The notes under the pieces are model-generated. The model saw only the letters and a list, made by a program, of their open reading frames with translations. It had not been told where the DNA came from and ran no database searches. Shown here one piece after another: positions 18,363 to 27,383 of a stretch of 64,000 nucleotides of DNA; within the stretch, counting starts at the first letter, position 1, and each line of letters begins with the position of its first letter. The translations under genes were made by a program, and so were the position numbers. Where the stretch lies: NCBI GenBank assembly GCA_035456265.1, contig DATIDP010000149.1, forward strand, positions 2,719 through 66,718. Direction: 5' to 3'. The stretch comes from Solirubrobacterales bacterium (GTDB lineage: Bacteria > Actinomycetota > Thermoleophilia > Solirubrobacterales > 70-9).

Positions 18363-19730
18363 GTGATGGCCACCAGGGCCAAGCAGGATCAATCCGGGGG
18401 GGACGGCAAGGCGACTGACAAGTCGCCGACGGCCGTCGACGAGACGAAAGAGCGGGCGGCCGCGGAGGGGCAGCCGAAGCCGGGGCAGCGAGCTGAGATC
18501 TCGAACCTCGACATCGTCCGCCACTACTTCGATCGCGCCGTCGAGCGCCTCCGGCTCCCGGACGACATCCGCACCGTCTTCTGGACTCCGTACCGCGAGG
18601 TCACCGTCCAGATCCCTGTGAAGCTCTCGGACGGCGAGGTCCATACCTTCTCCGGCTACCGGATTCAGCACAACGGCGCCCGCGGGCCCTACAAGGGCGG
18701 CATCCGCTACCACCCCGAGGTCGACGTCGATGAGGTCCGCGCACTGGCCTCGCTGATGACCTGGAAGACGGCGGTCGCGAACATCCCGTTCGGCGGCGCC
18801 AAGGGAGGCATCAACTGCCCGGCCGATCAGCTCGAGCGCGACGAGGTCCAGAAGATCACCCGCTCGTTCATGGACAAGATCGAGAAGGTTCTGGGACCGA
18901 CCCGTGACATCCCGGCTCCGGACGTCAACACCAACGCCCAGGTCATGGCCTGGCTGATGGACGAGTACGGCAAGCTCCACGGCCACACCCCGGCGATCTG
19001 CACGGGCAAGCCGATCGCGCTGGAGGGCTCATACGGGCGCGAGCAGGCGACCGGCCGCGGCTGCGTCTACATGTTCCGCGAGGCCGCTCCGCAGATCGGC
19101 CTGACGCCGGCCGACAGCACCTTCGTCGTGCAGGGGTACGGCAACGTCGGGTCCTGGGCCGCCCGCATCCTCCAGCAGCTCGGGTCGAAGATGATCGGCG
19201 CATCCGACGCGACCGGCGCGATCCGCAGCGACGCCGGCATCGACGCGGACGATCTCGCCAAGCATCTGCGAGACGGCGCCAAGCTGACCGAGTTCCCCGG
19301 GACCGAGGTGATCAGCCCCGACGACCTGCTCGCGATCGAGTGCGACGTGCTGATACCCGCGGCTCTCGGCGGCATGATCCACGAGAGCAACGCGGACCGG
19401 ATCAGCGCGCGGATGATCATCGAGGGCGCCAACAGCCCGACCACGCCGGCCGCCGATGAGATCCTCGAGGAGAAGGGTGTCCACGTCATCCCCGACGTGA
19501 TGGCGAACGCCGGCGGCGTGGTCTGCTCCTATTTCGAGTGGGTCCAGAACCTCCAGCACTTCCGGTGGTCCGAGCGGGAGGTCAACGACAAGCTCGGCGG
19601 AATCATGAGGAGGGCCTATCGCGACGTCGGCGCACGCGCTAGGGAGGAGCGCATCTCACTGCGCGAGGCGGCCTACCTGGTCGGGATCGAGAGGGTGGTC
19701 GAGGCGAGCCGCACGCGCGGCTATGTGTGA
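18363..19730 (+). CDS. gdhA: glutamate dehydrogenase
   Basis: KGGIRYHP, PFGGAKGG, GYGNVGSW (Rossmann). Typical hexameric GDH length. Confidence 0.9.
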   Translation: MMATRAKQDQSGGDGKATDKSPTAVDETKERAAAEGQPKPGQRAEISNLDIVRHYFDRAVERLRLPDDIRTVFWTPYREVTVQIPVKLSDGEVHTFSGYRIQHNGARGPYKGGIRYHPEVDVDEVRALASLMTWKTAVANIPFGGAKGGINCPADQLERDEVQKITRSFMDKIEKVLGPTRDIPAPDVNTNAQVMAWLMDEYGKLHGHTPAICTGKPIALEGSYGREQATGRGCVYMFREAAPQIGLTPADSTFVVQGYGNVGSWAARILQQLGSKMIGASDATGAIRSDAGIDADDLAKHLRDGAKLTEFPGTEVISPDDLLAIECDVLIPAALGGMIHESNADRISARMIIEGANSPTTPAADEILEEKGVHVIPDVMANAGGVVCSYFEWVQNLQHFRWSEREVNDKLGGIMRRAYRDVGARAREERISLREAAYLVGIERVVEASRTRGYV

Positions 19731-19754
19731 GGGCGCGCGACCAGCGCGACCCGA

Positions 19755-21023
19755 TCAATCATCATCGAAGTCGAAGTCCTTGGGCGGGCCCTTCTCGAAC
19801 CAGAGGTCCTCCTCCCCCTCTTCCTCCTCGAGCTCGAACGAGCGCTCCTCCGTGTCGGACGGTCGCCGTTCGGGAGACTCCTCGTCCTCGATGGCGGGCC
19901 TCACCTCGGTTCCGGGCTCCTCATAGGTACCCCGATCGGAGTCGACTTCAGACGCGGGCTCCTCCGAATAGGACTCCTCCTCATGGAGGTACGGCGCCTC
20001 CTCCTCTGCCGGCCCGAGCGCCTCGAAGTCGTCGTCCACCGAGGGCGGCGCTGACGCCGGCGGAACCGGGTCCTCGTCGGTCTCGAAGTCGTAGAGCTGC
20101 GGACCGTCCGCGGTCTCCGAGGAGTCCTCGGCCGGAAGAGGCTCCTCGTCCGAGATCGGCTCCTCGTCCGGGAGGTCCATCGGCGGAGGCTCGTAGGTGG
20201 TGTCCGGCCGGCCGAGCTCGGCCTCGTCGTCGGGCAGTGAGGGCAGATCACCGGTGTCGCCCGGAGGCGGATGCTCCTGTGTGGGCACGTCGATACGGCC
20301 CCGGGCCCTGCCGGGCGGCTCGGCGCCGGGCGTCGGCGGCGGAGGCGGCGGATCGGGAACGTGGCTCTCCGGCCCGGCGGGCGCCTGGGCGTCGGGTTGA
20401 GGCTCCAGCGGTCGCGCCTCACCCGGCGACTCGGCCTCGGCCGGCTCGGGCTCGGCCGCGGGCGGCGGCGCTGCGGTGTCCTCCGGAAACGGCTCCTCCT
20501 CGGCGATCAGCTCCTCGAGCGACTCGGACGGGGCGGGTTCCTCCGGCTCGGAGTCGAGCCGCTCCTGCCCCGGGATCTCGTCCTGGCCGGGCAGCTCCGC
20601 CTGCCCGGGGATCTGGCTCGGCGCCTCGAGGTCGACGGATTGATCGGAAGTCTCAGGCTCGGGCTCCGTCGGGCGAAGCGCCTGCGGCTCGGACGGCGGC
20701 TCCGTCGTCCGAAGCGCCTCGGGCTCGGATGGCGGCTCGACGGTAAGGGCGTCGGACTCCGACGAGGGCTCTACGTCCACCGGCTCCTCCGGCTGCTCCG
20801 TGGGCCGCAGCGCCTCGGCGTCGACCAGGCGCGTGGGCTCCTCGTTTCCGGCATCCATCTCGGTCGAGCCGACCTCGGTGTAGAGCTCGCCCCCGACGAA
20901 GGCGTCGGGCTGCTCGCCCGAGCCGAACGCCTCGTCCTCGATCTCCCGCAGCTCCGTCTCGCGGGCTCCGTGCTTGCGCTTCAGATCGAGGTGTTCGCGA
21001 ATCGCGTCGTCGAGAATGCCCAT
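19755..21023 (-). CDS. hyper-acidic Pro/Glu/Asp-rich, probably disordered protein
   Basis: 422 aa, very rich in D, E and P. Ordered-looking N-terminus MGILDDAIREHLDLKRKHG and C-terminal EEDLWFEKGPPKDFDFDDD. GC3-rich frame. The antisense ORFs are Arg-rich shadows. Confidence 0.6.
   Translation of the reverse strand: MGILDDAIREHLDLKRKHGARETELREIEDEAFGSGEQPDAFVGGELYTEVGSTEMDAGNEEPTRLVDAEALRPTEQPEEPVDVEPSSESDALTVEPPSEPEALRTTEPPSEPQALRPTEPEPETSDQSVDLEAPSQIPGQAELPGQDEIPGQERLDSEPEEPAPSESLEELIAEEEPFPEDTAAPPPAAEPEPAEAESPGEARPLEPQPDAQAPAGPESHVPDPPPPPPTPGAEPPGRARGRIDVPTQEHPPPGDTGDLPSLPDDEAELGRPDTTYEPPPMDLPDEEPISDEEPLPAEDSSETADGPQLYDFETDEDPVPPASAPPSVDDDFEALGPAEEEAPYLHEEESYSEEPASEVDSDRGTYEEPGTEVRPAIEDEESPERRPSDTEERSFELEEEEGEEDLWFEKGPPKDFDFDDD
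20652..20819 (-). repeat. imperfect in-frame tandem repeats (about 11-12 codons) within the acidic protein
   Basis: EALRPTEQPEEP / DALTVEPPSEP / EALRTTEPPSEP / QALRPTEPEPE, followed by IPGQAELPGQDEIPGQ. Confidence 0.6.
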
Positions 21024-21156
21024 GTCGCGCGGGTTTTGCCCGGGCTCGAAGGGTCACAGCTTAGGCGCTGCGCCACTCATGTGATAGCTGGACACCCCGT
21101 AAGGCCCTGCATCTGACCGACCAATTTCCGGCGGGTTATCAGGCGTCCCTGGCCGG

Positions 21157-22500
21157 CTAGGGGCCCTCGGTCGCGGCCCGTCCCTCCGGGCGTCGGTGCA
21201 GGCGGCCCCCGTGCACCGAGCGCCTGCTCGCCGGCGCCGTGCGGATCTGGTTCTTCCCGGCCCTCTTCGCACGCAGCAGGGCCCGATCCGCGCCATCGAC
21301 GAGCGATTCCAGATCCTCGGCGGAGTCCGGGATCGTCGCGACTCCGACGCTGATCGTGACGCCCATCGTCCCGCCGTCACGCAGCGGGACCTCGGTGTCG
21401 CGGACCCGCTCGCGCAGGCGCTCGGCCAGGATCGTCGCGCCCTCGCCCTCGGTCTCGACCAGGATCAGCGCGAGCTCGTCCCCGCCGTAGCGCGCCGCCA
21501 CGTCGATGTCCCGCGTGGCGTCCCTGACCAGATTCGAGACGGTTTCCAGCACGAGGTCGCCCTGGAGGTGTCCGAGCCGGTCGTTGATGCGCTTGAAGTC
21601 ATCGACGTCGAGGATGATCAGCGAGATCTCATGCCCGAAGCGGAGCGCGCGCGAGACCTCGCGATCGAGCGTCTCAGCCATGTGCCGGCGGTTCCAGAGC
21701 CCTGTCAGCGGGTCCGTCAGCGCTTCTTGCGCGATCCGCTCGTGCCGCCGTGTCAGCGTGCGCGCCAGGCCCCAGGCCAGGATCACCGCGGCGACCAGGA
21801 ACCAGATCATCACCGCCAGCGCGCCCTTGCCGACGCCGAGCACCCCTCCGCCCTTCGGAGGCCCCAGAAGCAAGAGACCCTCCTGGTCGCTCGGGTTCAG
21901 GGTGAGCGCGTGGCCCCGGTATTTCTTGCCCCCCGCGGTGAGGTCAGCCGTCTGGTCGGGCTGGAGCCTCTGCGAGGGCGGCTGCACCGTCCCACCGAGG
22001 GTCTGCGCACCTCGGGTGACGACGACCTCCAGATCGGTCAGCGACTTGACCTGGCTGGCGTATTGGTCCGCGGTGGTCACCGATGCCAAGAGGCTGCCCA
22101 CCGGCTGCGCCGTCTCGGTCAGTCCGACCCGCGAAAAGGCGACGGAACCGGGCGGGCCGGCGGCGGCGATCTCGTTGCCGACGTTGTCGTAGAGGAGGAC
22201 ACGTCCGGCCGGCGGCTGAGCGGCGGCCCGCTGCACGAAGGCCTGCTCGGCCGTCCGGTCGTGCGCCCGCAGGGCGGTGGCCAGATCGGGAGTGCCGGCG
22301 AGGCTCTGCGCCTTCGATGCCGCCGCCGCGGTCTGCGAGCGGTAGACCGCGGTCGCCGTGCGCAGGCCCGCGGCGAGCCGCGCGTCCGCCTTGCCCCGCT
22401 GCGAATCCTCGCTGACGAACAGCAGAATTCCGATCAGTGCCAGCGTGGGCACGACCGCAATCAGAACCAAGAAGAGCGCCAGGCGCCGTCCGAAACTCAC
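21157..22500 (-). CDS. membrane-anchored diguanylate cyclase (GGDEF) with extracytoplasmic sensor region
   Basis: Two TM segments flank a loop of about 200 aa. C-terminal GGDEF domain with RYGGDELALIL. GTG start. Confidence 0.85.
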   Translation of the reverse strand: MSFGRRLALFLVLIAVVPTLALIGILLFVSEDSQRGKADARLAAGLRTATAVYRSQTAAAASKAQSLAGTPDLATALRAHDRTAEQAFVQRAAAQPPAGRVLLYDNVGNEIAAAGPPGSVAFSRVGLTETAQPVGSLLASVTTADQYASQVKSLTDLEVVVTRGAQTLGGTVQPPSQRLQPDQTADLTAGGKKYRGHALTLNPSDQEGLLLLGPPKGGGVLGVGKGALAVMIWFLVAAVILAWGLARTLTRRHERIAQEALTDPLTGLWNRRHMAETLDREVSRALRFGHEISLIILDVDDFKRINDRLGHLQGDLVLETVSNLVRDATRDIDVAARYGGDELALILVETEGEGATILAERLRERVRDTEVPLRDGGTMGVTISVGVATIPDSAEDLESLVDGADRALLRAKRAGKNQIRTAPASRRSVHGGRLHRRPEGRAATEGP

Positions 22501-22580
22501 CCTCGCGACAGCGTATCCTTGACCTCCCTGCCGGTCCCTGCCAGGTGCAGCGACCGGTCGAACATATTTCCCACCACCGC

Positions 22581-22653
22581 GGGGCTATAGCTCAGTTGGG
22601 AGAGCGCCTGGATCGCACCCAGGAGGTCGCCGGTTCGAGTCCGGCTAGCTCCA
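22581..22653 (+). tRNA. tRNA-Ala (anticodon CGC)
   Basis: GGGGCTATAGCTCAGTTGGGAGAGCGCCTGGATCGCACCCAGGAGGTCGCCGGTTCGAGTCCGGCTAGCTCCA. G3:U70 pair, anticodon loop ATCGCAC. CCA is not encoded. Confidence 0.9.
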
Positions 22654-23268
22654 CTGCCCGTCGAGATCGACACTCCCTCCGGTCCCGCCAGGGCGCACCT
22701 CACCGCGACCGGAGACGTCGGCGGTGCGGTCGTCCTCGGCCACGGAGCGGGCGGAGGCGTCGAGGCGCCCGATCTGGTCGCGGCGAGGGACGCGGCGGTC
22801 GGGGCGGGGTTCGCGGTCGCGCTCATCGAGCAGCCCTATCGCGTCGCGGGCAGGCGCTCGCCGGCTCCGGCCAAGAGGCTCGACGAAGCATGGGTCGCCG
22901 TCATCGAGCATCTCCGGGCCGACGCCTTCCAGGATCTGCCCCTGGTCGTCGGCGGACGATCACTGGGTGCTCGCGTCGCCTGTCGGACGCTCGATCGGAC
23001 CGGAGCGAAGGCGATCCTCTGCCTAGCCTTTCCACTCGTCCCTCCGCGCCGCGGAGACAAGCCTCCGCAGAGCCGCCTCCCCGAGCTCGAGACCGTCAAC
23101 GTCCCCGTCCTCGTCGTGCAGGGCGAGAGCGACCGCTTCGGAATGCCCCCCGAGGGCCCCGGCAGGAGGGTCGTCAAGGTCCGGGGCGATCACGGTCTGA
23201 AGGCGGACAAGGAGGCGGTGGGCGAGGCCGTCGCGGCCTGGCTCGCCTCCCTCCCTATCTCCCGTTGA
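22654..23268 (+). CDS. alpha/beta hydrolase (COG3571 / KANL3-Tex30-like); start codon unresolved, possibly a 5-prime-truncated pseudogene
   Basis: The frame is open from 22591 to TGA 23266-23268 with high GC3. Translation LPVEIDTPSG..VVLGHGAGGG..VVGGRSLGARVA (GxSxG)..VVQGESDRFG..GDHGL. It is absent from the ORF track because the first in-frame ATG/GTG/TTG is at 23116. Confidence 0.55.
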   Translation: MPVEIDTPSGPARAHLTATGDVGGAVVLGHGAGGGVEAPDLVAARDAAVGAGFAVALIEQPYRVAGRRSPAPAKRLDEAWVAVIEHLRADAFQDLPLVVGGRSLGARVACRTLDRTGAKAILCLAFPLVPPRRGDKPPQSRLPELETVNVPVLVVQGESDRFGMPPEGPGRRVVKVRGDHGLKADKEAVGEAVAAWLASLPISR

Positions 23269-24247
23269 GCAGCTGAACCAGGCTCCCTCGGGCGATCGTC
23301 CCGAAGAAGAACCCCGCCCCTCCGACAGGACTGAGCTCGACCCGGACCACCTCGACCCCCTCGTAGGAGGTGCTCCGGACCTGCACCCCGCTCACCATGC
23401 GGGACATCGGCTCTCCGGTGCGTGGATCCCGCGCTCCCGGAGCGAGCGAGGCCCTCAACCCCGCCTCGACCTGCCCCGCGCGCTCTGCCGTGCCGCCGAG
23501 CGCGCAGAGGACCTCGCGGTCGCGCTTCAGGCCCACGGCGACGAGCTCGATGCCCGTCTCGACCGAGAGCAGGAGCTTGTCCGGGATCATCCGAGCCGCG
23601 ACGACATCGCCGAGACAGTCGGCCGCGGCGCGGTAGATCCGCTGATCGATCAGCCGCCCGTTGCGCCCGAGCAGGGCGGCACGCGAGTTCTCGGAGATCG
23701 CGAGCACCGCGAAATCGGGCCCGAACGCGTCTCGCGCGCCCAGGCCGAGCACCCCCGAGCTCAGCAGCGGATCGGGCACCTGTGCATAACCGCCGACATC
23801 GACGAGAACGACCCCATCCCCGGGTTTGCGGCGGCCGACGCCGGCGAGCGCCGCTCGCAGCCCTGGAGCGCCCGTTCCATCGATTCGCAGCCCGAAGGCG
23901 TAGGAGCCACCGACCGAGACGAGCCTGCGGGCGGCGAGCGGGTCCACACCGAACCGGCGGCGCAGCGTTGGAGCCGCCTCCACCACGCTCTGAGCGTTGG
24001 GCCCCAGCGCTCGCGCCATCAGCTCGGGATCGAGGCCCGCCTGCCTGGCCAGCCGCGGCTCCGTCCAGCCGACCCCGAGCGACCCGTGCTCGCCGCCGCC
24101 GCCGATCTCGGCCAGCGTGGCCGCGAGCGGACCCGGTGGGATCGGGCGATCGGAATGATCACCGCAGGCGGTCAGGCAGACGCTCAGGATCGCGAGCGCA
24201 GTGCAGGCCCGGAGCCACACGGCTACCGGGCGCGAGCGAGCTCCCAC
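23255..24247 (-). CDS. putative lipoprotein, unknown function
   Basis: Lipobox-like LTAC in MGARSRPVAVWLRACTALAILSVCLTACGD. No family recognised. Overlaps the upstream gene by 25 nt. Confidence 0.5.
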   Translation of the reverse strand: MGARSRPVAVWLRACTALAILSVCLTACGDHSDRPIPPGPLAATLAEIGGGGEHGSLGVGWTEPRLARQAGLDPELMARALGPNAQSVVEAAPTLRRRFGVDPLAARRLVSVGGSYAFGLRIDGTGAPGLRAALAGVGRRKPGDGVVLVDVGGYAQVPDPLLSSGVLGLGARDAFGPDFAVLAISENSRAALLGRNGRLIDQRIYRAAADCLGDVVAARMIPDKLLLSVETGIELVAVGLKRDREVLCALGGTAERAGQVEAGLRASLAPGARDPRTGEPMSRMVSGVQVRSTSYEGVEVVRVELSPVGGAGFFFGTIARGSLVQLLNGR

Positions 24248-26295
24248 GTCCGCAGGTAGGCCTCGGCCGACCGGAAGAGGGAGCGCAGGGCCGGCCGGCC
24301 GCCGTGCTGGTCCATGTCGGCCAGCAGATCCGCGATCAGGCCGTAGTGCGCGACGCCGTCCGTGTTCAGGTCGAAGGTCCGGCTGCCGCTCCGCTCGCGC
24401 CGGAAGGTCACCTTGCCGAGGAAGGAGGGGAACGGGTAGACGAGCGGCGCCTGCGCCGCGTCCCCGCGCGGGCCCGGCAGCGACGCGAACCCGCCGGTGT
24501 CGGTCCCGAGACCGACCCCGAAGTAGCGGCCCTTCGCTCGATCAGGCTTGAACGCCTCGATCTTCGCCGCGAGGCCGGTCGCCGTGTCGGGCGTCGCCGC
24601 AGCGATTCCGCCGAGCTTGTAGAGCAGCTTGAGCTGTCCGGGGGTCCAGGCTCCCCCCGTCCCCGTATGGCTCGAGACCAGCGGGTACCGGCGCCGCTTA
24701 GCGATCCGCAGCACCGCCTCCCGTGCCCACTCGCTCATGTGATCCACCTCGATCAGCATGTGGTTGGCGATCAGCCGCTTGATCAGGTACTTGCCGAGCG
24801 GCGTGAGACCGTTCGTGTTGCACTGGGGGCCGGGGGGATAGGTCGGCATCCCAGCCTGCGCGAGCGGCGCCGCGGCGGGGAAGAGAGAGGCGAGCACCCC
24901 GAGCTCGAGCGGACCGAGGGTCCGAAGCTCCTCGCCCTGGCCGGGCTCCGGGCACGGCCCCGTGCGGAAGTAGTGGCCGGTCTGGAACGCCTCGAGGAGA
25001 TTGATGAACGTGCCCTTGTCGCCCCCCTCGAGCGCCGAGCCGCCGAACGCGTTGTCGGTCCAGTGCATCGGGAACACGCCCCTCACCCCAAGCCGGCGGG
25101 CGTTGCGGATCCCGCGGTCGATGTCCTTCCGGCCGCACTGGGGCACGCCGTTGCGCTCGCTGCAGCCGAACAGATTCGATGACTCGATCCCGATCACCAC
25201 GGCCAGCCTGCCCCGCTCGATCGCGCTGCGGGCCTGCCTGGGCGTGTAGACGAGCCGGAACCAGCCCTTTCCCTTGCCGCCCGCCTGCGCGTCGACGTAG
25301 CCCTGCAGGCCACGAAGCGTCTGGATCTGCTGGCGAACGGCCTCCGTCTCATCACAGGGGTGCACCTTGCGCGGCTCGATCTCGCAGATCGGCTGGTCCT
25401 CGACGGTCTGGGCGACCACCAGGCGCTCGCCCGCCATCCAGGCCCGCTTCAGCCAGACGTAGTAGGTCTGCTGATGGGTGATCGTGTCGCTGACCGGCCA
25501 GCCGGCGAACGTCGGCCAGCCGTGGGTGTCGTGCGTGCCGAAGGGAAGGCCGGTGCGGAGCAGGTTGCCGGTGATGTCCTCGCTCCCGTCCGCGCCGTGA
25601 ACGCCGGCATCGTGGCCGAGCGCCTCGCTGATCCCGTACCGATCGAAGGGCTCGCCGTAGATCACGGCGCCGCCGGCCCGCTGGTTCGCGGTGATGTGCA
25701 CGTGGAGGTCAGCGAAGCCGCGGACGTTTCCCTTGCGGTCGGTGCCGCGGAACGGTCTCCCCGTTGCGCCCACGTCGGCCTCGGGGAAGGGGTTGCAGCC
25801 CCGCGTGCGGCTGAGTCGAAACGGCGCGACGGGGCCGCCTGCTCGGGGAGAGATCAGGGCGAGCTCGCCGGAGCGGGAGATGCCAAGCTGGCGCCCGGCG
25901 GCAACGGAGAACAGGGCCGCCCTCCGCCTCGAGAGGTAAGCCACGGACCACTGTGCTGCCGGACCGGGGGTCTCTGCGCGCCCGACCGAGCCGTCGGGGT
26001 TGACGGCGAGCAGCCGGCCACCCTGGTCCTGAGGCAGAAAGGACCCCAGCGTCACGGGCTTCCAGAAGAACGCGGCGGCCGTCGACTTGCTCGGCTGGTC
26101 AACCCGATAGGTATCGCCGGTCACGCCGACGAAGCGGCCCGTCTCGGAGGAGCGCAGCGCGAAGCAGGAGTTGGCCAGATGGACCGACTTGATCCCCTTC
26201 CTCGGGGGAGTGGCCGGCGCGGTCGCCACGAGTCCCAGCGCCCAGGTCACAGCGCCGAGGATCAGGCATCCGGTCATGCGGCGGCGCATCAGCAC
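24223..26295 (-). CDS. secreted two-domain protein: N-terminal beta-trefoil-like region plus amidohydrolase-type TIM barrel resembling membrane dipeptidase (M19)
   Basis: Signal peptide. DLHVH metal motif, IGIESSNLFG...LGVRGVFPMHWTDNAFGGSA (M19-like) and IEVDHMSEW. The N-terminal domain call is inferred only from its repeat pattern. Confidence 0.5.
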   Translation of the reverse strand: MLMRRRMTGCLILGAVTWALGLVATAPATPPRKGIKSVHLANSCFALRSSETGRFVGVTGDTYRVDQPSKSTAAAFFWKPVTLGSFLPQDQGGRLLAVNPDGSVGRAETPGPAAQWSVAYLSRRRAALFSVAAGRQLGISRSGELALISPRAGGPVAPFRLSRTRGCNPFPEADVGATGRPFRGTDRKGNVRGFADLHVHITANQRAGGAVIYGEPFDRYGISEALGHDAGVHGADGSEDITGNLLRTGLPFGTHDTHGWPTFAGWPVSDTITHQQTYYVWLKRAWMAGERLVVAQTVEDQPICEIEPRKVHPCDETEAVRQQIQTLRGLQGYVDAQAGGKGKGWFRLVYTPRQARSAIERGRLAVVIGIESSNLFGCSERNGVPQCGRKDIDRGIRNARRLGVRGVFPMHWTDNAFGGSALEGGDKGTFINLLEAFQTGHYFRTGPCPEPGQGEELRTLGPLELGVLASLFPAAAPLAQAGMPTYPPGPQCNTNGLTPLGKYLIKRLIANHMLIEVDHMSEWAREAVLRIAKRRRYPLVSSHTGTGGAWTPGQLKLLYKLGGIAAATPDTATGLAAKIEAFKPDRAKGRYFGVGLGTDTGGFASLPGPRGDAAQAPLVYPFPSFLGKVTFRRERSGSRTFDLNTDGVAHYGLIADLLADMDQHGGRPALRSLFRSAEAYLRTWELARAR

Positions 26296-26330
26296 CGAAC
26301 TAAATCACTCCGCACCTGCCCAGCTCCCGC

Positions 26331-27383
26331 TCAGGCGTGGAGCTCGGCCAATCGCTCGCCCTCCTCGCGCAGGTCTCGCTTCGCAGCGGCGTCGAGCTTG
26401 CCGAAGGGCTTCGTCCTGACCCTTCCCCTCTCGTAGCGCCAGGTTCCCGCCACCCGTCCATCGACGAGGAAGGTCGCGACCGACTGCGGCGTCCTGGAGT
26501 TGAAGACCTTGGGCCGGTGCTGCTCGGGCAGGATCCCCGTGCGGCGGGCGTGAACCAGAAGGCTCGCGTCCCAGGTCGGCAGGAAGCGGACGGGCGCCGG
26601 CGTCTCCGGGTCGGGGAGCGGCAGCCGGGGAAGGTCGAGCAGCTCGGCCCCGTCCTCGGCCTCGAAGCGGCGCAGTCCGATCCGCTCCAGCACCGGGGCG
26701 ACTCGCTTCGGCGGCAGGCCCGCCCAGTTGGTGATCTCCTCGAGCGTCGAGGGACCGAAGCCGCCCAGGTATCGCTTGACGAGCAGCTCTATCCCGTCCT
26801 CCTCTCCGAGCTTCGCGGGAGGCGGACCGAGCCAGTGCTCGGCCGCGGCGTAGAGGTCCGCGCGGCGGCGCTCCCAGGTGCCGGAGGGCGGCACCCTGAC
26901 CAGGTCGAGCCACATGTTCACGCCGTTGGTGATCACGCTGTCCGAGCCGAGCAGCTCGTGGATCTCCTTGCGGCTCATCGTCCCGTCGCCGAGGCGGCCC
27001 CGAAGCTTGCGCGCCGCGGTGGAGACCTGCTTGGCGCTGTAGCCAAGTCGCGCCCTGCCATCGACCCAGGCCTCACGCCGAGATCTCCTGATCCCGATCC
27101 CCATCGGCCAGTAATCGGACCTGGAGACCAGATGGATGGTCGCCCGCATCAGCGTCGCCTGGACGACTCCGCGGCGCTCCAGGGCACGATCCAGCTGAGC
27201 GCGCTCGAAACCCTCCAGACGCGACCAGAGGCCGATGTACATAGAGGGCGCGTACTGGGCCTGCAGGCCGCCCATGCGATCGAGGACCTTGGGGATCGCC
27301 GCCGCGCTGCGCTCGAGCAGCAGCTGCCGTGCCAGGAGGGCGCGATTGAGCTCTCCCTGGGTGAGTGTCCGCCCCGCGGCCAT
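26331..27383 (-). CDS. winged-helix DNA-binding protein of the YcaQ/AlkZ (HTH_42) DNA glycosylase family
   Basis: 350 aa. N-terminus LNRALLARQLLLERS...GGLQAQY and overall layout typical of this family. Confidence 0.65.
   Translation of the reverse strand: MAAGRTLTQGELNRALLARQLLLERSAAAIPKVLDRMGGLQAQYAPSMYIGLWSRLEGFERAQLDRALERRGVVQATLMRATIHLVSRSDYWPMGIGIRRSRREAWVDGRARLGYSAKQVSTAARKLRGRLGDGTMSRKEIHELLGSDSVITNGVNMWLDLVRVPPSGTWERRRADLYAAAEHWLGPPPAKLGEEDGIELLVKRYLGGFGPSTLEEITNWAGLPPKRVAPVLERIGLRRFEAEDGAELLDLPRLPLPDPETPAPVRFLPTWDASLLVHARRTGILPEQHRPKVFNSRTPQSVATFLVDGRVAGTWRYERGRVRTKPFGKLDAAAKRDLREEGERLAELHA

Noticed and set aside
22501-22580. Promoter elements for tRNA-Ala(CGC): TTGACC at 22519 and CATATT at 22563.
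   Set aside because: The spacing between the two hexamers (about 38 nt) is incompatible with one sigma-70-type promoter. The individual matches are too weak to call.
18168-22653. The 4.5-kb segment bracketed by two outward-facing tRNA-Ala genes as a possible integrated island.
   Set aside because: It contains housekeeping gdh and no integrase. I found no direct repeat of either tRNA 3-prime end, and GC and codon bias match the flanks.
23422-25182. 586-aa plus-strand ORF.
   Set aside because: It is antisense to the lipoprotein and M19-like hydrolase genes, and its N-terminal half is extremely Arg/Pro-rich. Shadow ORF.
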